Of a stretch of DNA of 64,000 bases, positions 20,165-29,785 are shown one piece after another. The DNA lies in IMG/VR virus record IMGVR_UViG_3300013105_000002, positions 64,001-128,000 of that record. One strand, given 5' to 3'. Below the pieces are notes generated by a model. It made no database searches. It saw only the letters and a program-made list of their open reading frames with translations, and was not told the origin of the DNA. The first letter of the stretch is position 1; each line of letters starts with the position of its first letter. Both the position numbers and the translations under genes were made by a program. The stretch is from a virus. Taxonomy: Duplodnaviria > Heunggongvirae > Uroviricota > Caudoviricetes.

Positions 20165-20171
20165 TGCTGTT

Positions 20172-20486
20172 ATGCTAGACAAATCTTATCACGACTACAT
20201 TAACTCGCCACGCTGGAAAGCGAAGCGCGAAATGTACTTTGCGGCAAAAGGCAGATTCTGCAAGGCTTGCCGCTCGACGGATAACGTCAAAATCCACCAC
20301 ATGACCTACGAGAACTTCGGGCACGAGCCCCTGAGCGATCTGGTATCATTGTGCAACCCCTGCCATGTGGAGGTGCATCGACTCCACAGGAAGGCCGGTA
20401 GGTCGGCCAACCTCAGATTGATCACGATGCAATATATCAAAAACAAGACGCTTCAACGGCTGCGTCCAAAAACGCCTAGGAGATAA
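20172..20486 (+). CDS. HNH endonuclease
   Basis: W...R...CKAC...IHHMTY...LVSLCNPCHVEVH. Confidence 0.85.
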   Translation: MLDKSYHDYINSPRWKAKREMYFAAKGRFCKACRSTDNVKIHHMTYENFGHEPLSDLVSLCNPCHVEVHRLHRKAGRSANLRLITMQYIKNKTLQRLRPKTPRR

Positions 20487-23400
20487 GTGAAGAACTACAT
20501 CAACCTGCACACGCACACGTTTTACAGCCCGCTTGACGGGCTCAACTCGCCCGAAGAGTACATCCTCCGTGCAAAGGACTTGGGCATGTCGCACCTTGCG
20601 ATCACAGACCACGGCACACTCTCTGGACACCGAGACTTCCAGAAGGCCGCTAAGGAACACGGTATCACCCCCATTCTTGGAATGGAAGGCTACGTCTCGG
20701 CTACAGATCGATTCGACAAGCGAGCCGCCACAAAGCGTGAGGACGGCACATCGATCTACAACCACATCACACTTCTGTCAAAGGGCGAAGAGGGTCTGAG
20801 GACTCTGAACCGTCTTTCTGAGGTTGCATGGACCGAGGGCTACTACTACAAGCCACGTATCGACACCGAACTGCTGGAAGAACACCACAATGGAATTGTG
20901 GTTCTGTCTGGCTGCATGTCAGGTCTCGTGGCCCGCTCCATCCTGAATGGAAATGTGGACACCGCTGAGCAGTGGGCGGTACGTTACAAGGAACTCCTTG
21001 GTGACGACTACTACATTGAGGTAATGTCATCCAACGATGCAGCCCTCAACCACGAACTTCTGCGCATCGCTGACAAGTTCAGCATCAAGCCGATCATGAC
21101 CACAGACTGTCACTACGCAAAGCCGGAAGACCTGTGGATCGAAGAGGCCATGCTGATCCTTTCCACAAACCCGAAGAAGAACCACGCGGCTGATCTGTCG
21201 AAGGCCAAGAAGATGGAAATTCTGGACAGGTTCGACTACCTGTTCCCAGAGCGTACCATGACCTTCCGCGAGATTGAGATTTACCTGCGCGAGTACAAGT
21301 CTGAGGTTGAGAAGTTTACGGCTCAGGGCATCACCCGTACGGACATTTACGAAAGCACGTACGATGTAGCCAACAAGATCGGTGATTACCCGTTCTTTGA
21401 GGGTCTCGATCTGCTGCCTTCTCCTGACAAGGAAAACCCGGATCAGGCTCTGAAGGCCAAGGCTCTCGCGGGTGCGCGTAAGCGTGGCTTTGCTGACGAC
21501 GAGATTTACATGGCTCGTCTCCGTGAGGAACTGTCCATCATTCAGGGCAAGGATTTCTCAACGTACTTCTTGATCGTTGAGGACTCGATTCGCTGGGCCA
21601 AGGAAAACAACATCATGGTTGGGCCGGGACGTGGTAGCGCTGCCGGTAGCCTCGTGTGTTATGCTCTGGGTATCACTGACGTAGACCCAATCAAGTATGG
21701 TCTGCTGTTCTTCCGATTTATCGACCCAAGCCGTGATGACTTCCCCGACATTGACGTTGACTTCGCTGACCGTGGACGTGAGCAGGTTAAGGAATATGTT
21801 CGTCGTCGCTACGGTCACGTGGCATCAATTGCTACATTCAACTCGTTCGCCGGTAAGTCCTCAATCAAGGACGCATCACGAGCACTGGGCATTCCGCTGG
21901 CCGAGGTCAATCGTGCAACAAAGGACAATGACGGTCCTGCCGGTGCCGACTTCTTCCAGCACTTCCTTGGAACCGAAAAGGGCCGAGAGTTCAACAAGAA
22001 TCACCCCGAGGTGGTTCCTCTGGCCAAGGCACTTCACGGTAAGTTGCGAGGCGGAGGTATTCACGCTGCTGGTCTTGTGGTGTCCAAGGAGCCTCTAGAG
22101 AAGTACGTGCCAATCGAAACGGCTAACAACCCATCCGATCCGGGTGGTGCGCGAATCCGTTATGTTGCCTGCGACATGAACGCAGCCGCTGAGATTGGTC
22201 TGATCAAGATGGACTTCCTAGGACTGAAGACTCTTTCTGTGCTTCAGGACTGCCTTGACGAAATTGCAAAGCGTCACAAGAAGCGCATCAATCTGTCTGA
22301 GGTCGATCTAGAGGACAAGGGTGTTTACGAAATGCTGTCACGTGGCTACACGAAGGGTGTATTCCAGTGTGAGGCTGTTCCGTACACCAACCTTATCCTG
22401 AAGATGGGCGGCGTACGTACGTTCGATGAACTGGTCGCTTCTAACGCCCTTGTTCGTCCCGGTGCCATGAATACCATTGGTGCTGAGTACATTGCGCGTA
22501 AGGAAGGCAAGTCCATGGTAGAGTACGCTCACATGGATGCCAAGGTGTTCACCGAAGAGACCTATGGTGAGGTTCTGTATCAGGAGCAGGTTATGCTGAT
22601 GATGACGGAAATCGCCGGTATGTCGATGGTGGATGCCAACAAGGTCCGAAAGATCATCGGTAAGAAGAAGGATGTTAGCGAGTTCGAAGCATACCAGAAG
22701 GCATGGATGGACGGTGCTACCCAGAAGATCAAGGCAAAGAATGCCGAGAAGTTGTGGCATGACTTTGAGGCTCACGCTGGTTACTCGTTCAACAAGTCTC
22801 ACGCTGTGGCCTACTCAATGGTGTCTTACTGGACTGCATGGCTGAAGCACCACTACCCGCTAGAGTTCATGGCGGCGGTGCTGAAGAACGAAAAGGACAA
22901 GGATGTAATCACGGACTACCTGATCGAAACTAAGCGTCTAGGAATCAAGGTTCTTCTGCCTCACGTCAACGAGTCTGCCCTGAAGATTTCTATTCAGGGC
23001 GAGGCCATTCGTCTGGGCTTGACCAACATCAAGTTCATTCGTGACAAGGTTGGCGCTGCCATTCTTTCAAACCGCCCGTTTGCGAACTACGCGGAACTGG
23101 AAGAGAAGACCATGGAGCGCGGTAGCGGAATGAACAGCCGTATGCTTCAGGCAATGAACGCGGTGGGTGCGGCTGTATTTGCAGACAATCCCAAGCGTGG
23201 TAACGAGCGAGACAACTTCTACGAGTACCTACAGATTCCTGCCTTTGAGCAGAAGTCTCTAGAGCCCAGTGTGAAGTTCAAGTTCCGCCCGCTGGACGAG
23301 TACGGCGAGAATGAGGTCTTCCCCATCCTTGCAATGGTCCGAGGAATTAAGCGCGGCGATGGATGGGCTAGGGCTGAGGTTCTGGACGAAACGGGCTCTG

Positions 23401-23792
23401 CTGGAATTTTCACGGACGTGGACACCCTGCTAGAGACCGGCCAGATGTATGCTATCCTAGTTGCCAACAACAGGATCGCTCGGTACATGACGATGGATGA
23501 GTTGCATGACAGGGTAAACACAGAGTTCTCTCGCTTCCTGTATGACGACCTTCCAGAAATGAACGAGGGTGAGTACCGTATTATCTCGTTCAAGAAGTAC
23601 GTGACGAAGGCCGGTAAGAAGATGGCCCACCTCGTGACGATGAACCACCTAGGGCATCTGGAATTCGTCATGGCGTTCCCCACGATGTATCGTGAGGCGT
23701 TCATCAAGTGCCCAGAGGGCAAGATTGTGAAACTAGAGATTAAGGAGACCAACGACGGCGGTACGCTGTTCTTGGATAAGATTCTGAAGTGA
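20487..23792 (+). CDS. dnaE: DNA polymerase III alpha subunit
   Basis: PHP domain (LHTHT.YS.LDG, TDHG), GRGSAAGS, PDIDVDF, HAAG, YSFNKSHA; no intein visible. Confidence 0.97.
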   Translation: MKNYINLHTHTFYSPLDGLNSPEEYILRAKDLGMSHLAITDHGTLSGHRDFQKAAKEHGITPILGMEGYVSATDRFDKRAATKREDGTSIYNHITLLSKGEEGLRTLNRLSEVAWTEGYYYKPRIDTELLEEHHNGIVVLSGCMSGLVARSILNGNVDTAEQWAVRYKELLGDDYYIEVMSSNDAALNHELLRIADKFSIKPIMTTDCHYAKPEDLWIEEAMLILSTNPKKNHAADLSKAKKMEILDRFDYLFPERTMTFREIEIYLREYKSEVEKFTAQGITRTDIYESTYDVANKIGDYPFFEGLDLLPSPDKENPDQALKAKALAGARKRGFADDEIYMARLREELSIIQGKDFSTYFLIVEDSIRWAKENNIMVGPGRGSAAGSLVCYALGITDVDPIKYGLLFFRFIDPSRDDFPDIDVDFADRGREQVKEYVRRRYGHVASIATFNSFAGKSSIKDASRALGIPLAEVNRATKDNDGPAGADFFQHFLGTEKGREFNKNHPEVVPLAKALHGKLRGGGIHAAGLVVSKEPLEKYVPIETANNPSDPGGARIRYVACDMNAAAEIGLIKMDFLGLKTLSVLQDCLDEIAKRHKKRINLSEVDLEDKGVYEMLSRGYTKGVFQCEAVPYTNLILKMGGVRTFDELVASNALVRPGAMNTIGAEYIARKEGKSMVEYAHMDAKVFTEETYGEVLYQEQVMLMMTEIAGMSMVDANKVRKIIGKKKDVSEFEAYQKAWMDGATQKIKAKNAEKLWHDFEAHAGYSFNKSHAVAYSMVSYWTAWLKHHYPLEFMAAVLKNEKDKDVITDYLIETKRLGIKVLLPHVNESALKISIQGEAIRLGLTNIKFIRDKVGAAILSNRPFANYAELEEKTMERGSGMNSRMLQAMNAVGAAVFADNPKRGNERDNFYEYLQIPAFEQKSLEPSVKFKFRPLDEYGENEVFPILAMVRGIKRGDGWARAEVLDETGSAGIFTDVDTLLETGQMYAILVANNRIARYMTMDELHDRVNTEFSRFLYDDLPEMNEGEYRIISFKKYVTKAGKKMAHLVTMNHLGHLEFVMAFPTMYREAFIKCPEGKIVKLEIKETNDGGTLFLDKILK

Positions 23793-23974
23793 ATATCGAA
23801 CTAGAAGGTGTCCTAGCGGCACTGATTGACCAGAATGACGGCGAACTGTTTCTCGGATCAGAGTTCATCGCCAAGGATTACGCAGGAAAGGCCATTGCCA
23901 TTCAGGCCGACGCTCTACGCGACGGATGGGTGATGTGTCTAGTTAACACAGAGGAAGTGCAATTTGAAGACTGA
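23789..23974 (+). CDS. Hypothetical protein
   Basis: 61-aa ORF with GTGA overlap. Confidence 0.6.
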   Translation: MNIELEGVLAALIDQNDGELFLGSEFIAKDYAGKAIAIQADALRDGWVMCLVNTEEVQFED

Positions 23975-24335
23975 CGAATACATTGACGAGTACGCAGACG
24001 CTTTTGACAACTACCAGTTGCAGACCGCAAAGACAGCAAAGTACCCAGAGGTTGGCGAGGGCACTCCGCTCGCGCTGGCGTACGTGGGGCTGGGTCTCGG
24101 TGAGGCTGGTGAGGTGCAGGGCAAGATCAAGAAGATTCTGCGTGACGATGAAGGTATCGTCACCGATGAGAAGCGTAGCGCAATCATCGATGAATTGGGA
24201 GACGTGCTTTGGTACGTTACCCGCGTGGCAGACGAACTAGGAGTATCCCTCTCCGAAGTCGCTGACCGCAATCTAGTGAAGTTGTTCGGTCGCCTAGAGC
24301 GCGGAACAATTGGTGGTTCTGGCGACAATCGCTGA
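23964..24335 (+). CDS. MazG-like nucleotide pyrophosphohydrolase
   Basis: GLGEAGEV...KK...DELGDVLWY...N..KL..R motif. Confidence 0.9.
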   Translation: MKTDEYIDEYADAFDNYQLQTAKTAKYPEVGEGTPLALAYVGLGLGEAGEVQGKIKKILRDDEGIVTDEKRSAIIDELGDVLWYVTRVADELGVSLSEVADRNLVKLFGRLERGTIGGSGDNR

Positions 24336-24357
24336 CAAGGGCATGGTAGAATAGACT

Positions 24358-24543
24358 ATGCTTAGAGCATATTTCCTGAACGGGGTGGATGACGATTCCA
24401 TTCTAGTCTTTAGAAGTGAAGACTCTGAAGCCCTGTTCAGGATTATCTCGCGTCTAGCGGCCTCACGCGACAAAGAAATTAGAGGACTCGCACAACAACT
24501 AGAACTAGAATGGTTCAAGCGAACCTATCAAAAAGGAGAATAA
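24358..24543 (+). CDS. Hypothetical protein
   Basis: 61-aa ORF coupled to recA. Confidence 0.55.
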   Translation: MLRAYFLNGVDDDSILVFRSEDSEALFRIISRLAASRDKEIRGLAQQLELEWFKRTYQKGE

Positions 24544-25598
24544 TGGGATATCAGGATTTCATCGCACGTCTCGATCCGAAGACTGCGAAGAGAATTAAGA
24601 CGGCTCAGGAGACTGAGGTCGTCAGACTACCGCTCGCTTCATATGGTCTGACAAAGGCACTAGGCGGCGGTATTGCAAAGGGGCGTCTGACAACCATCTT
24701 TGGTAATCAGAGCGCCGGTAAGTCAATGCTCATGATGCAGTCTGTTGCTAAGTGGCAGAAGGAAGGTCTTGTCTGTGCATGGGTGGACGCCGAGGGCGTC
24801 TGGGACAAGGAATGGGCGGCACGCCTAGGAATCAACAATGACGAGTTGATCCTCATTCAGAGCAAGCACTCTGGACGAATCGAGAAGGAACTCGTGCCGT
24901 ACCTCATGAACGGGATTGATGTAGTCATCATCGACTCAATCTCAGATATCATGCCCGCTGTCTTTGTGGACAAGGATGGCGTGGTCAATGATCAGGATGA
25001 TCGTAAGCAGATCGGTGCACACGCAAAGGCTATCAAGGCTTTGATCAGTGGTTTGCAGTATGTACTGGAAGACACAGCGCTGGTGTTCCTTTCACAGACC
25101 ACCACCGCTTTCCACACGTGGGGTGTCGAGCAGGTTCCTCACGGTGGTCAGAAGGTGCTCTTCGCGTCCAGCCAAATTGTCCGACTGTCCTCTTCTGCCG
25201 CAGATGCCAAGCAGATCAAGGGAGACTTTTACGTGGGCGATCTGGTCATGGAGCAGCCCATTGGCCGTCAGGTCAAGGCCGAGGTGAAGAAGAACAAGTT
25301 GGGCCGACAGGGCGCAACATGTGAGTATGACATTTACTACGCTGGTGAGTCAGTCGGTATCGACTTCACCGGAGAGGTAGTGAAGGAAGCAATCAAGTAC
25401 GACGTTCTGGCAAAGGGCGGCGCATGGTTCAAGTGGAATGGTCAGCAGTGGCAGGGTGAAACCAAGGTCACAAACCACTTCAAGGAGCATGGCGACGATC
25501 TTGACCGATTGATTTCGGAAATCAGAATGGTCGAAACCGGGGAGGTGCCAGACGATGAGCCGTTGGGACAACTTGACGAGTCCGAAGCAACCTTCTGA
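24543..25598 (+). CDS. recA: RecA-like recombinase
   Basis: GNQSAGKS, WVDAEG, IIDSIS, GGQKVLFASS, KNKLG and KGGAWF motifs. Confidence 0.93.
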   Translation: MGYQDFIARLDPKTAKRIKTAQETEVVRLPLASYGLTKALGGGIAKGRLTTIFGNQSAGKSMLMMQSVAKWQKEGLVCAWVDAEGVWDKEWAARLGINNDELILIQSKHSGRIEKELVPYLMNGIDVVIIDSISDIMPAVFVDKDGVVNDQDDRKQIGAHAKAIKALISGLQYVLEDTALVFLSQTTTAFHTWGVEQVPHGGQKVLFASSQIVRLSSSAADAKQIKGDFYVGDLVMEQPIGRQVKAEVKKNKLGRQGATCEYDIYYAGESVGIDFTGEVVKEAIKYDVLAKGGAWFKWNGQQWQGETKVTNHFKEHGDDLDRLISEIRMVETGEVPDDEPLGQLDESEATF

Positions 25599-25752
25599 GC
25601 CAAAGTGGGATCAGGTTCCAGTGGATGGCTCTTTCATGTGCCAAGTCTGTGACATGTATGTAGACACCGCTGTTTACATCCCACAGGAACACGTGCTAAC
25701 ATGGAAGTGCGCAGACGGACACAAGTCCTTTATTGAGAAGTTCAGCATCTGA
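25555..25752 (+). CDS. Small zinc-finger-like protein
   Basis: CQVC...C..GH pattern. Confidence 0.6.
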   Translation: MSRWDNLTSPKQPSEPKWDQVPVDGSFMCQVCDMYVDTAVYIPQEHVLTWKCADGHKSFIEKFSI

Positions 25753-26075
25753 TGGTTGCAACTGCAAAAAGCGAGGCCGCCGAAATCAAGCGTTTCGGCG
25801 GCACGCCGCAGCCCAACTCAGGGCGCGGTAAGCACAATAAGGGCGATGCCATCATTGATAAGTTCGTTGTCGATGTTAAGGAGTATGGCCGTTCATTCGG
25901 ACTGTCTATCCCCATGTGGGCAAAGATTTGTACCGATGCAATTAAGCAGGGCAAGCGTCCTGCACTGAATGTGGTCCTTGGTGAAGGGCCTAAAAGGGTA
26001 CGCATGTGGGTGATCAGTGAATCCGACATGATGGAGTACCTAGAGTTTTTGGAGGAACGTGATGATTCAGGTTAA
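25752..26075 (+). CDS. PD-(D/E)XK nuclease, Hjc-type Holliday junction resolvase-like
   Basis: E...KRFGG..QPNSG...KGD...DVKE motif. Confidence 0.7.
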   Translation: MVATAKSEAAEIKRFGGTPQPNSGRGKHNKGDAIIDKFVVDVKEYGRSFGLSIPMWAKICTDAIKQGKRPALNVVLGEGPKRVRMWVISESDMMEYLEFLEERDDSG

Positions 26076-26307
26076 GTTCAATCGTGGCCCAATGAAGAAC
26101 AAGAGACAGATGGTTGAGGACAGTAGTGTCCAGATGTACAGAGTTCGTGGGCCAGTCTTTGCTGGGTTTGATCGGCTAAATGGATACTCCAAGGACAGTT
26201 GGGACGGCAATGTCACCTTCGAATACCGCGAAGGCTTGTACCGAAGGTCCAACGTAAAGTTGAAGGACGGAACAGTAGTCTTTGAATGGATGGGATGGTA
26301 TGAGTGA
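26059..26307 (+). CDS. Hypothetical protein
   Basis: 82-aa ORF. Confidence 0.6.
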   Translation: MMIQVKFNRGPMKNKRQMVEDSSVQMYRVRGPVFAGFDRLNGYSKDSWDGNVTFEYREGLYRRSNVKLKDGTVVFEWMGWYE

Positions 26308-26666
26308 GTTGCACGAAATGCCTCAGGATAAGGGAGGAAGATATGTCTGACGCTACGATGGAATTGGTTTCATCAGTCACCGAATTCAATGACCTTCATG
26401 ACTTCATGGAAGATGATCAATTGGACAGAGCGCTCCATTTGGTGGTAAAATTGTACATGGAGAAGGGTCGTATGAATCCCACCACGGCAGCCGCACTTAT
26501 TGTTGAGTTGCAGGCGCTGGCGACAAAGTTCGCCCTGCTGGGTACATACTACATGACTATCGGAAAGAAGGGTGCCGAGGAAATTCACAAGAAGAATGTC
26601 TACATGACTTTGAAGGATTCAATCACGAAGTTGGTAGACAGTCTGAAGTACGTTTCCAAGGCTTAA
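26304..26666 (+). CDS. Hypothetical alpha-helical protein
   Basis: 120-aa ORF; alternative ATG at 26343. Confidence 0.65.
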   Translation: MSCTKCLRIREEDMSDATMELVSSVTEFNDLHDFMEDDQLDRALHLVVKLYMEKGRMNPTTAAALIVELQALATKFALLGTYYMTIGKKGAEEIHKKNVYMTLKDSITKLVDSLKYVSKA

Positions 26667-26669
26667 TGT

Positions 26670-27476
26670 ATGGGTATTAGAGATATTGCCAAGGGCAAGC
26701 ATTTTCGCCAATCAGGTCTAGATGCCAAGGTTATTGAAGATTTGGTTGAGCGCGGATACATGTCTCAGGTACGCGAAACGAAGATCGCCAAGAAGGAGAC
26801 CTTCGCACCTTCCTCAATCGGCTACGACGGAAACGCTCGTTGTCCACGCTATTGGTATATGGCGTTTGAGGGAAAGTACGTATTTGAAGAGACAACGGAC
26901 GCCATGGGCATGGCTACCATGATGAACGGTCGGTATGCAGGAGAGCGCTTCGGTGAGGTCTTTGAGGCTTCCGGCTCTCTTGTAGCACTAGAGGTTGAAA
27001 TGAAGATGGAGAACCCTCCTATTCGTGGATACATTGACGCCCTCATCAGAATCCGAAATGAAGAGACCGGCGAGGACGAGATTGTCGTGGGTGAGTTCAA
27101 GACCACACGATCAGAAATGTTCATTCACCGTGAGAACACGATGAAGCCGCTGCCCTACCACCTGTACCAAATCCTTCTCTACATGAAGGCTACAGGAAAG
27201 AAGAATGGGTTCCTCTTCTACGAGAACCGAAATGATCTGTCGTTCCTTGTGATCCCAGTCGAAATGAACGAAGAGAACGAGAAGATTCTTGAAGACGCTC
27301 TAGAGTGGCTGAGAGAAGTCAGGGCCAATTGGGAAGCCGAGGGTGACACGTTGCCCACCCGACCGTTTACCCAGAAGTCCAAGCAGTGCAAGACATGCCC
27401 AGTGTTCAACGAATGCTGGAACAATCTAGGGGAAGGATCGGTTACCATCAAGCCGATGGTAGTCGCAAAGCCTTGA
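26670..27476 (+). CDS. Cas4-family exonuclease (standalone)
   Basis: RCPRYWY, GYIDA, GEFKT, Q..LYM and C-terminal CKTCPVFNEC Fe-S cysteines. Confidence 0.8.
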   Translation: MGIRDIAKGKHFRQSGLDAKVIEDLVERGYMSQVRETKIAKKETFAPSSIGYDGNARCPRYWYMAFEGKYVFEETTDAMGMATMMNGRYAGERFGEVFEASGSLVALEVEMKMENPPIRGYIDALIRIRNEETGEDEIVVGEFKTTRSEMFIHRENTMKPLPYHLYQILLYMKATGKKNGFLFYENRNDLSFLVIPVEMNEENEKILEDALEWLREVRANWEAEGDTLPTRPFTQKSKQCKTCPVFNECWNNLGEGSVTIKPMVVAKP

Positions 27477-27766
27477 CTCTAGAAAATAGAGTATGCGCGT
27501 GGGAGGAATGCCGTCAGGTGTTCACTCCCACGACGCATAACATGATCTATCACACTGATGAGTGCTGCAAGAGGGCAACGAACGCACGAATCATGAAGCG
27601 CTATCATGAGCGCAAGGCGGCACGTAAGGGTGCACGTCGTATTTGTAAGACTCCTAACTGTGGAACGCTCCTGTCACGTTACAATGAGTCAAAGTATTGC
27701 GGGCCGTGTGAGCATGCGGCTGAGGAAAACAGGAACAAGGACATTTTGAAGTTGTTGGTATCATGA
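27473..27766 (+). CDS. Cys-rich zinc-finger hypothetical protein
   Basis: CAWEEC...HTDECC and CKTPNC...CGPC. Confidence 0.65.
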   Translation: MTLENRVCAWEECRQVFTPTTHNMIYHTDECCKRATNARIMKRYHERKAARKGARRICKTPNCGTLLSRYNESKYCGPCEHAAEENRNKDILKLLVS

Positions 27767-28356
27767 ATTGGAATCAGGTGGGAAAGGAAAGGGTCGTCAG
27801 GGCTCTGGGTATTGACTGCTCAACGAAGTCGCTGGCATATGCGTGCTTTGAGGGCGACAAGCCACTCTACTGCGGTGAGATTTTCTTTGAGGGCAAGACG
27901 GTGTTCGCACGTCTGAAGGACGCTCGCGTGAAAACTCAGGCACTACTTGACAGCAGTGATATCATGGGCACAGACCACTTCAAGGCAGACTACGTGGCCA
28001 TTGAGGCTGCTATTGCAGTCAAGAATGTAAAGACAGCGATTCTTCTGGCCTATGTATATGGAGCCGTGATGAGCGTGCTGATGCAGAATGGTGCTGAGGT
28101 TGTGGAGGTGCCGCCCATCACGTGGCAATCTTATATTGGAAACCCAAATCTGAAGAAGGCTGAAAAGGACCAGATGAAGGCAGAGAATCCCGGCAAGAGC
28201 GCATCGTGGTACCAGAACAAGGGGCGTCTGTTTAGAAAGCAGCGCACATTGGAGTTCGCACGACAGTTCTTTACAATCGAGTCCGGGTCTGATAACATCG
28301 GTGATGCGGTAGGTGTTGCCTACTACGCAGCAAACAAACTGACACGAACGGAGTAA
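27763..28356 (+). CDS. ruvC: RuvC-like Holliday junction resolvase
   Basis: LGIDCST, VAIE and DNIGDAVGVA catalytic acidic residues. Confidence 0.8.
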   Translation: MNWNQVGKERVVRALGIDCSTKSLAYACFEGDKPLYCGEIFFEGKTVFARLKDARVKTQALLDSSDIMGTDHFKADYVAIEAAIAVKNVKTAILLAYVYGAVMSVLMQNGAEVVEVPPITWQSYIGNPNLKKAEKDQMKAENPGKSASWYQNKGRLFRKQRTLEFARQFFTIESGSDNIGDAVGVAYYAANKLTRTE

Positions 28357-28357
28357 G

Positions 28358-28549
28358 ATGGAAGAACTGCTAAAGGCTTTGGAAGGCAATGTCTTCTACA
28401 GAAGTCCCATCCGACTTTCATGCTCAGAACAGAGCGAGATTCTTGCATACATCAAGAGGCAGGATGCTACTATCGCTGAGTTGAAAGAGGAAGTCCGAGA
28501 ACTACAGGTAGAACTTGCTGACGCTTGGGCTCAGGTGTTGCACGGATGA
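28358..28549 (+). CDS. Hypothetical protein
   Basis: 63-aa coiled-coil ORF. Confidence 0.6.
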   Translation: MEELLKALEGNVFYRSPIRLSCSEQSEILAYIKRQDATIAELKEEVRELQVELADAWAQVLHG

Positions 28550-29034
28550 TCGTTGCAATCAGCGGGCACCGCCCCGAGAAGATTCCTGATATCAATGCGG
28601 TGGTGGATGCCCTGAAGGTGGCCTACCACGAACTGGGAGTCAGCCATGTCATTCAGGGCATGGCTGCTGGTGTAGACCTAGCAGCGGCATATGCTGCTTG
28701 GGTGTCCCAGATTCCCTATACCTGTGCCAAGCCGTGGGCTGGACACAAGCCACGCGTGCAGGACAGAGAAATGTATGAAAAGGTGCTGAAGCACGCGCAG
28801 AGCGTTGTGGACGTGAGCCCGGAAATGAACTACACAGGTCCATGGCTTTACCAGACTCGCAACATCTGGATGATTGACAGCGCAAATATTGTCATTTCAG
28901 TGTGGGATGGTTCCGAGGGTGGAACTGCCAACGCGGTGGCATATGCGTTTGAAGAGGGGCGGCATGTGTACAACATCAACCCCAAGACAATGGAGAAGGA
29001 ATGGCTAAACTCTACCAGTCGAAAGCGTGGCTGA
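28546..29034 (+). CDS. SLOG-family (YspA/DUF1273, DprA-like) protein
   Basis: ISGHRP, GMAAGVD, RN.WMID, VWDGSEGGTANAV motifs. Confidence 0.8.
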   Translation: MIVAISGHRPEKIPDINAVVDALKVAYHELGVSHVIQGMAAGVDLAAAYAAWVSQIPYTCAKPWAGHKPRVQDREMYEKVLKHAQSVVDVSPEMNYTGPWLYQTRNIWMIDSANIVISVWDGSEGGTANAVAYAFEEGRHVYNINPKTMEKEWLNSTSRKRG

Positions 29035-29144
29035 GAAGACGGTACCTTGTGGAGCGTAAGAGCCCAGAGGAAATTGCGAAGGAATGCGGAGTGAGTCATA
29101 TGACCATCTACCGCAAGTTGAAGGAGTTCGGATTCAGTCGATGA
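29001..29144 (+). CDS. Small HTH protein (absent from ORF track)
   Basis: Manual translation MAKLYQSKAWLRRRYLVERKSPEEIAKECGVSHMTIYRKLKEFGFSR, a classic HTH. Confidence 0.75.
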   Translation: MAKLYQSKAWLRRRYLVERKSPEEIAKECGVSHMTIYRKLKEFGFSR

Positions 29145-29785
29145 TCTACACGATCTTTAGCATCAATGAGTCGCGCCTTCACTATAAGAATGCTATTAGG
29201 TTCCAGTTGTCACACTGGGACGAGTTCAAGCACCTAGCAGTTGACGGACACCGACGTGATGTGCTAGAGTCGTACTCAGATTACTACAAGATCGCTGTCC
29301 ACAATGCGCCCGGTAGGCTAGAGCGTGTGGGACAGTTGGGAATCTGGTACTCAGTGATTAATGCTCTGAAGGTTGCGACAACCATGCCCATGGTGACCTT
29401 TGAGGATGACGCCATCCTGCACCCTAATTTCGTGCCTGAGTTCTACGCACGCATTGCTGAACTGCCGGATGACACTGATTTCTTCGCGCTGTTTTTGCCG
29501 CGTGATCAGGACCATGTGTACACCGAGGAAATGTCTGTATCACCGATGCTCTGCAAGGCGTATCAGCGATATGGCGGTGTGTCCATGTTCTACACGGTTC
29601 AGGGAGCAAACAAGATTATCAGGCTTCTAGAGCGTGATGGGCTGACTGACCAGTATGACGATCAACTTTTCAAGTACGTCAAGGCTGGTGAGTTGAACGG
29701 ATATACTTCAAAGCCGTACTTCCCAGACTTGGTTTACATTACCGGGCAGGAAGCAAGCATTGTACAAGAATCGGAGATTATTTAA
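29141..29785 (+). CDS. Glycosyltransferase (GT25-like)
   Basis: G.LG.WYS...FEDDA.L DxD-type motif. Confidence 0.7.
   Translation: MIYTIFSINESRLHYKNAIRFQLSHWDEFKHLAVDGHRRDVLESYSDYYKIAVHNAPGRLERVGQLGIWYSVINALKVATTMPMVTFEDDAILHPNFVPEFYARIAELPDDTDFFALFLPRDQDHVYTEEMSVSPMLCKAYQRYGGVSMFYTVQGANKIIRLLERDGLTDQYDDQLFKYVKAGELNGYTSKPYFPDLVYITGQEASIVQESEII

Noticed and set aside
26670-27476. CRISPR-Cas locus suggested by the Cas4-like gene
   Set aside because: No repeat-spacer array or other cas gene is visible; solo Cas4-like nucleases are common in phage replication modules.
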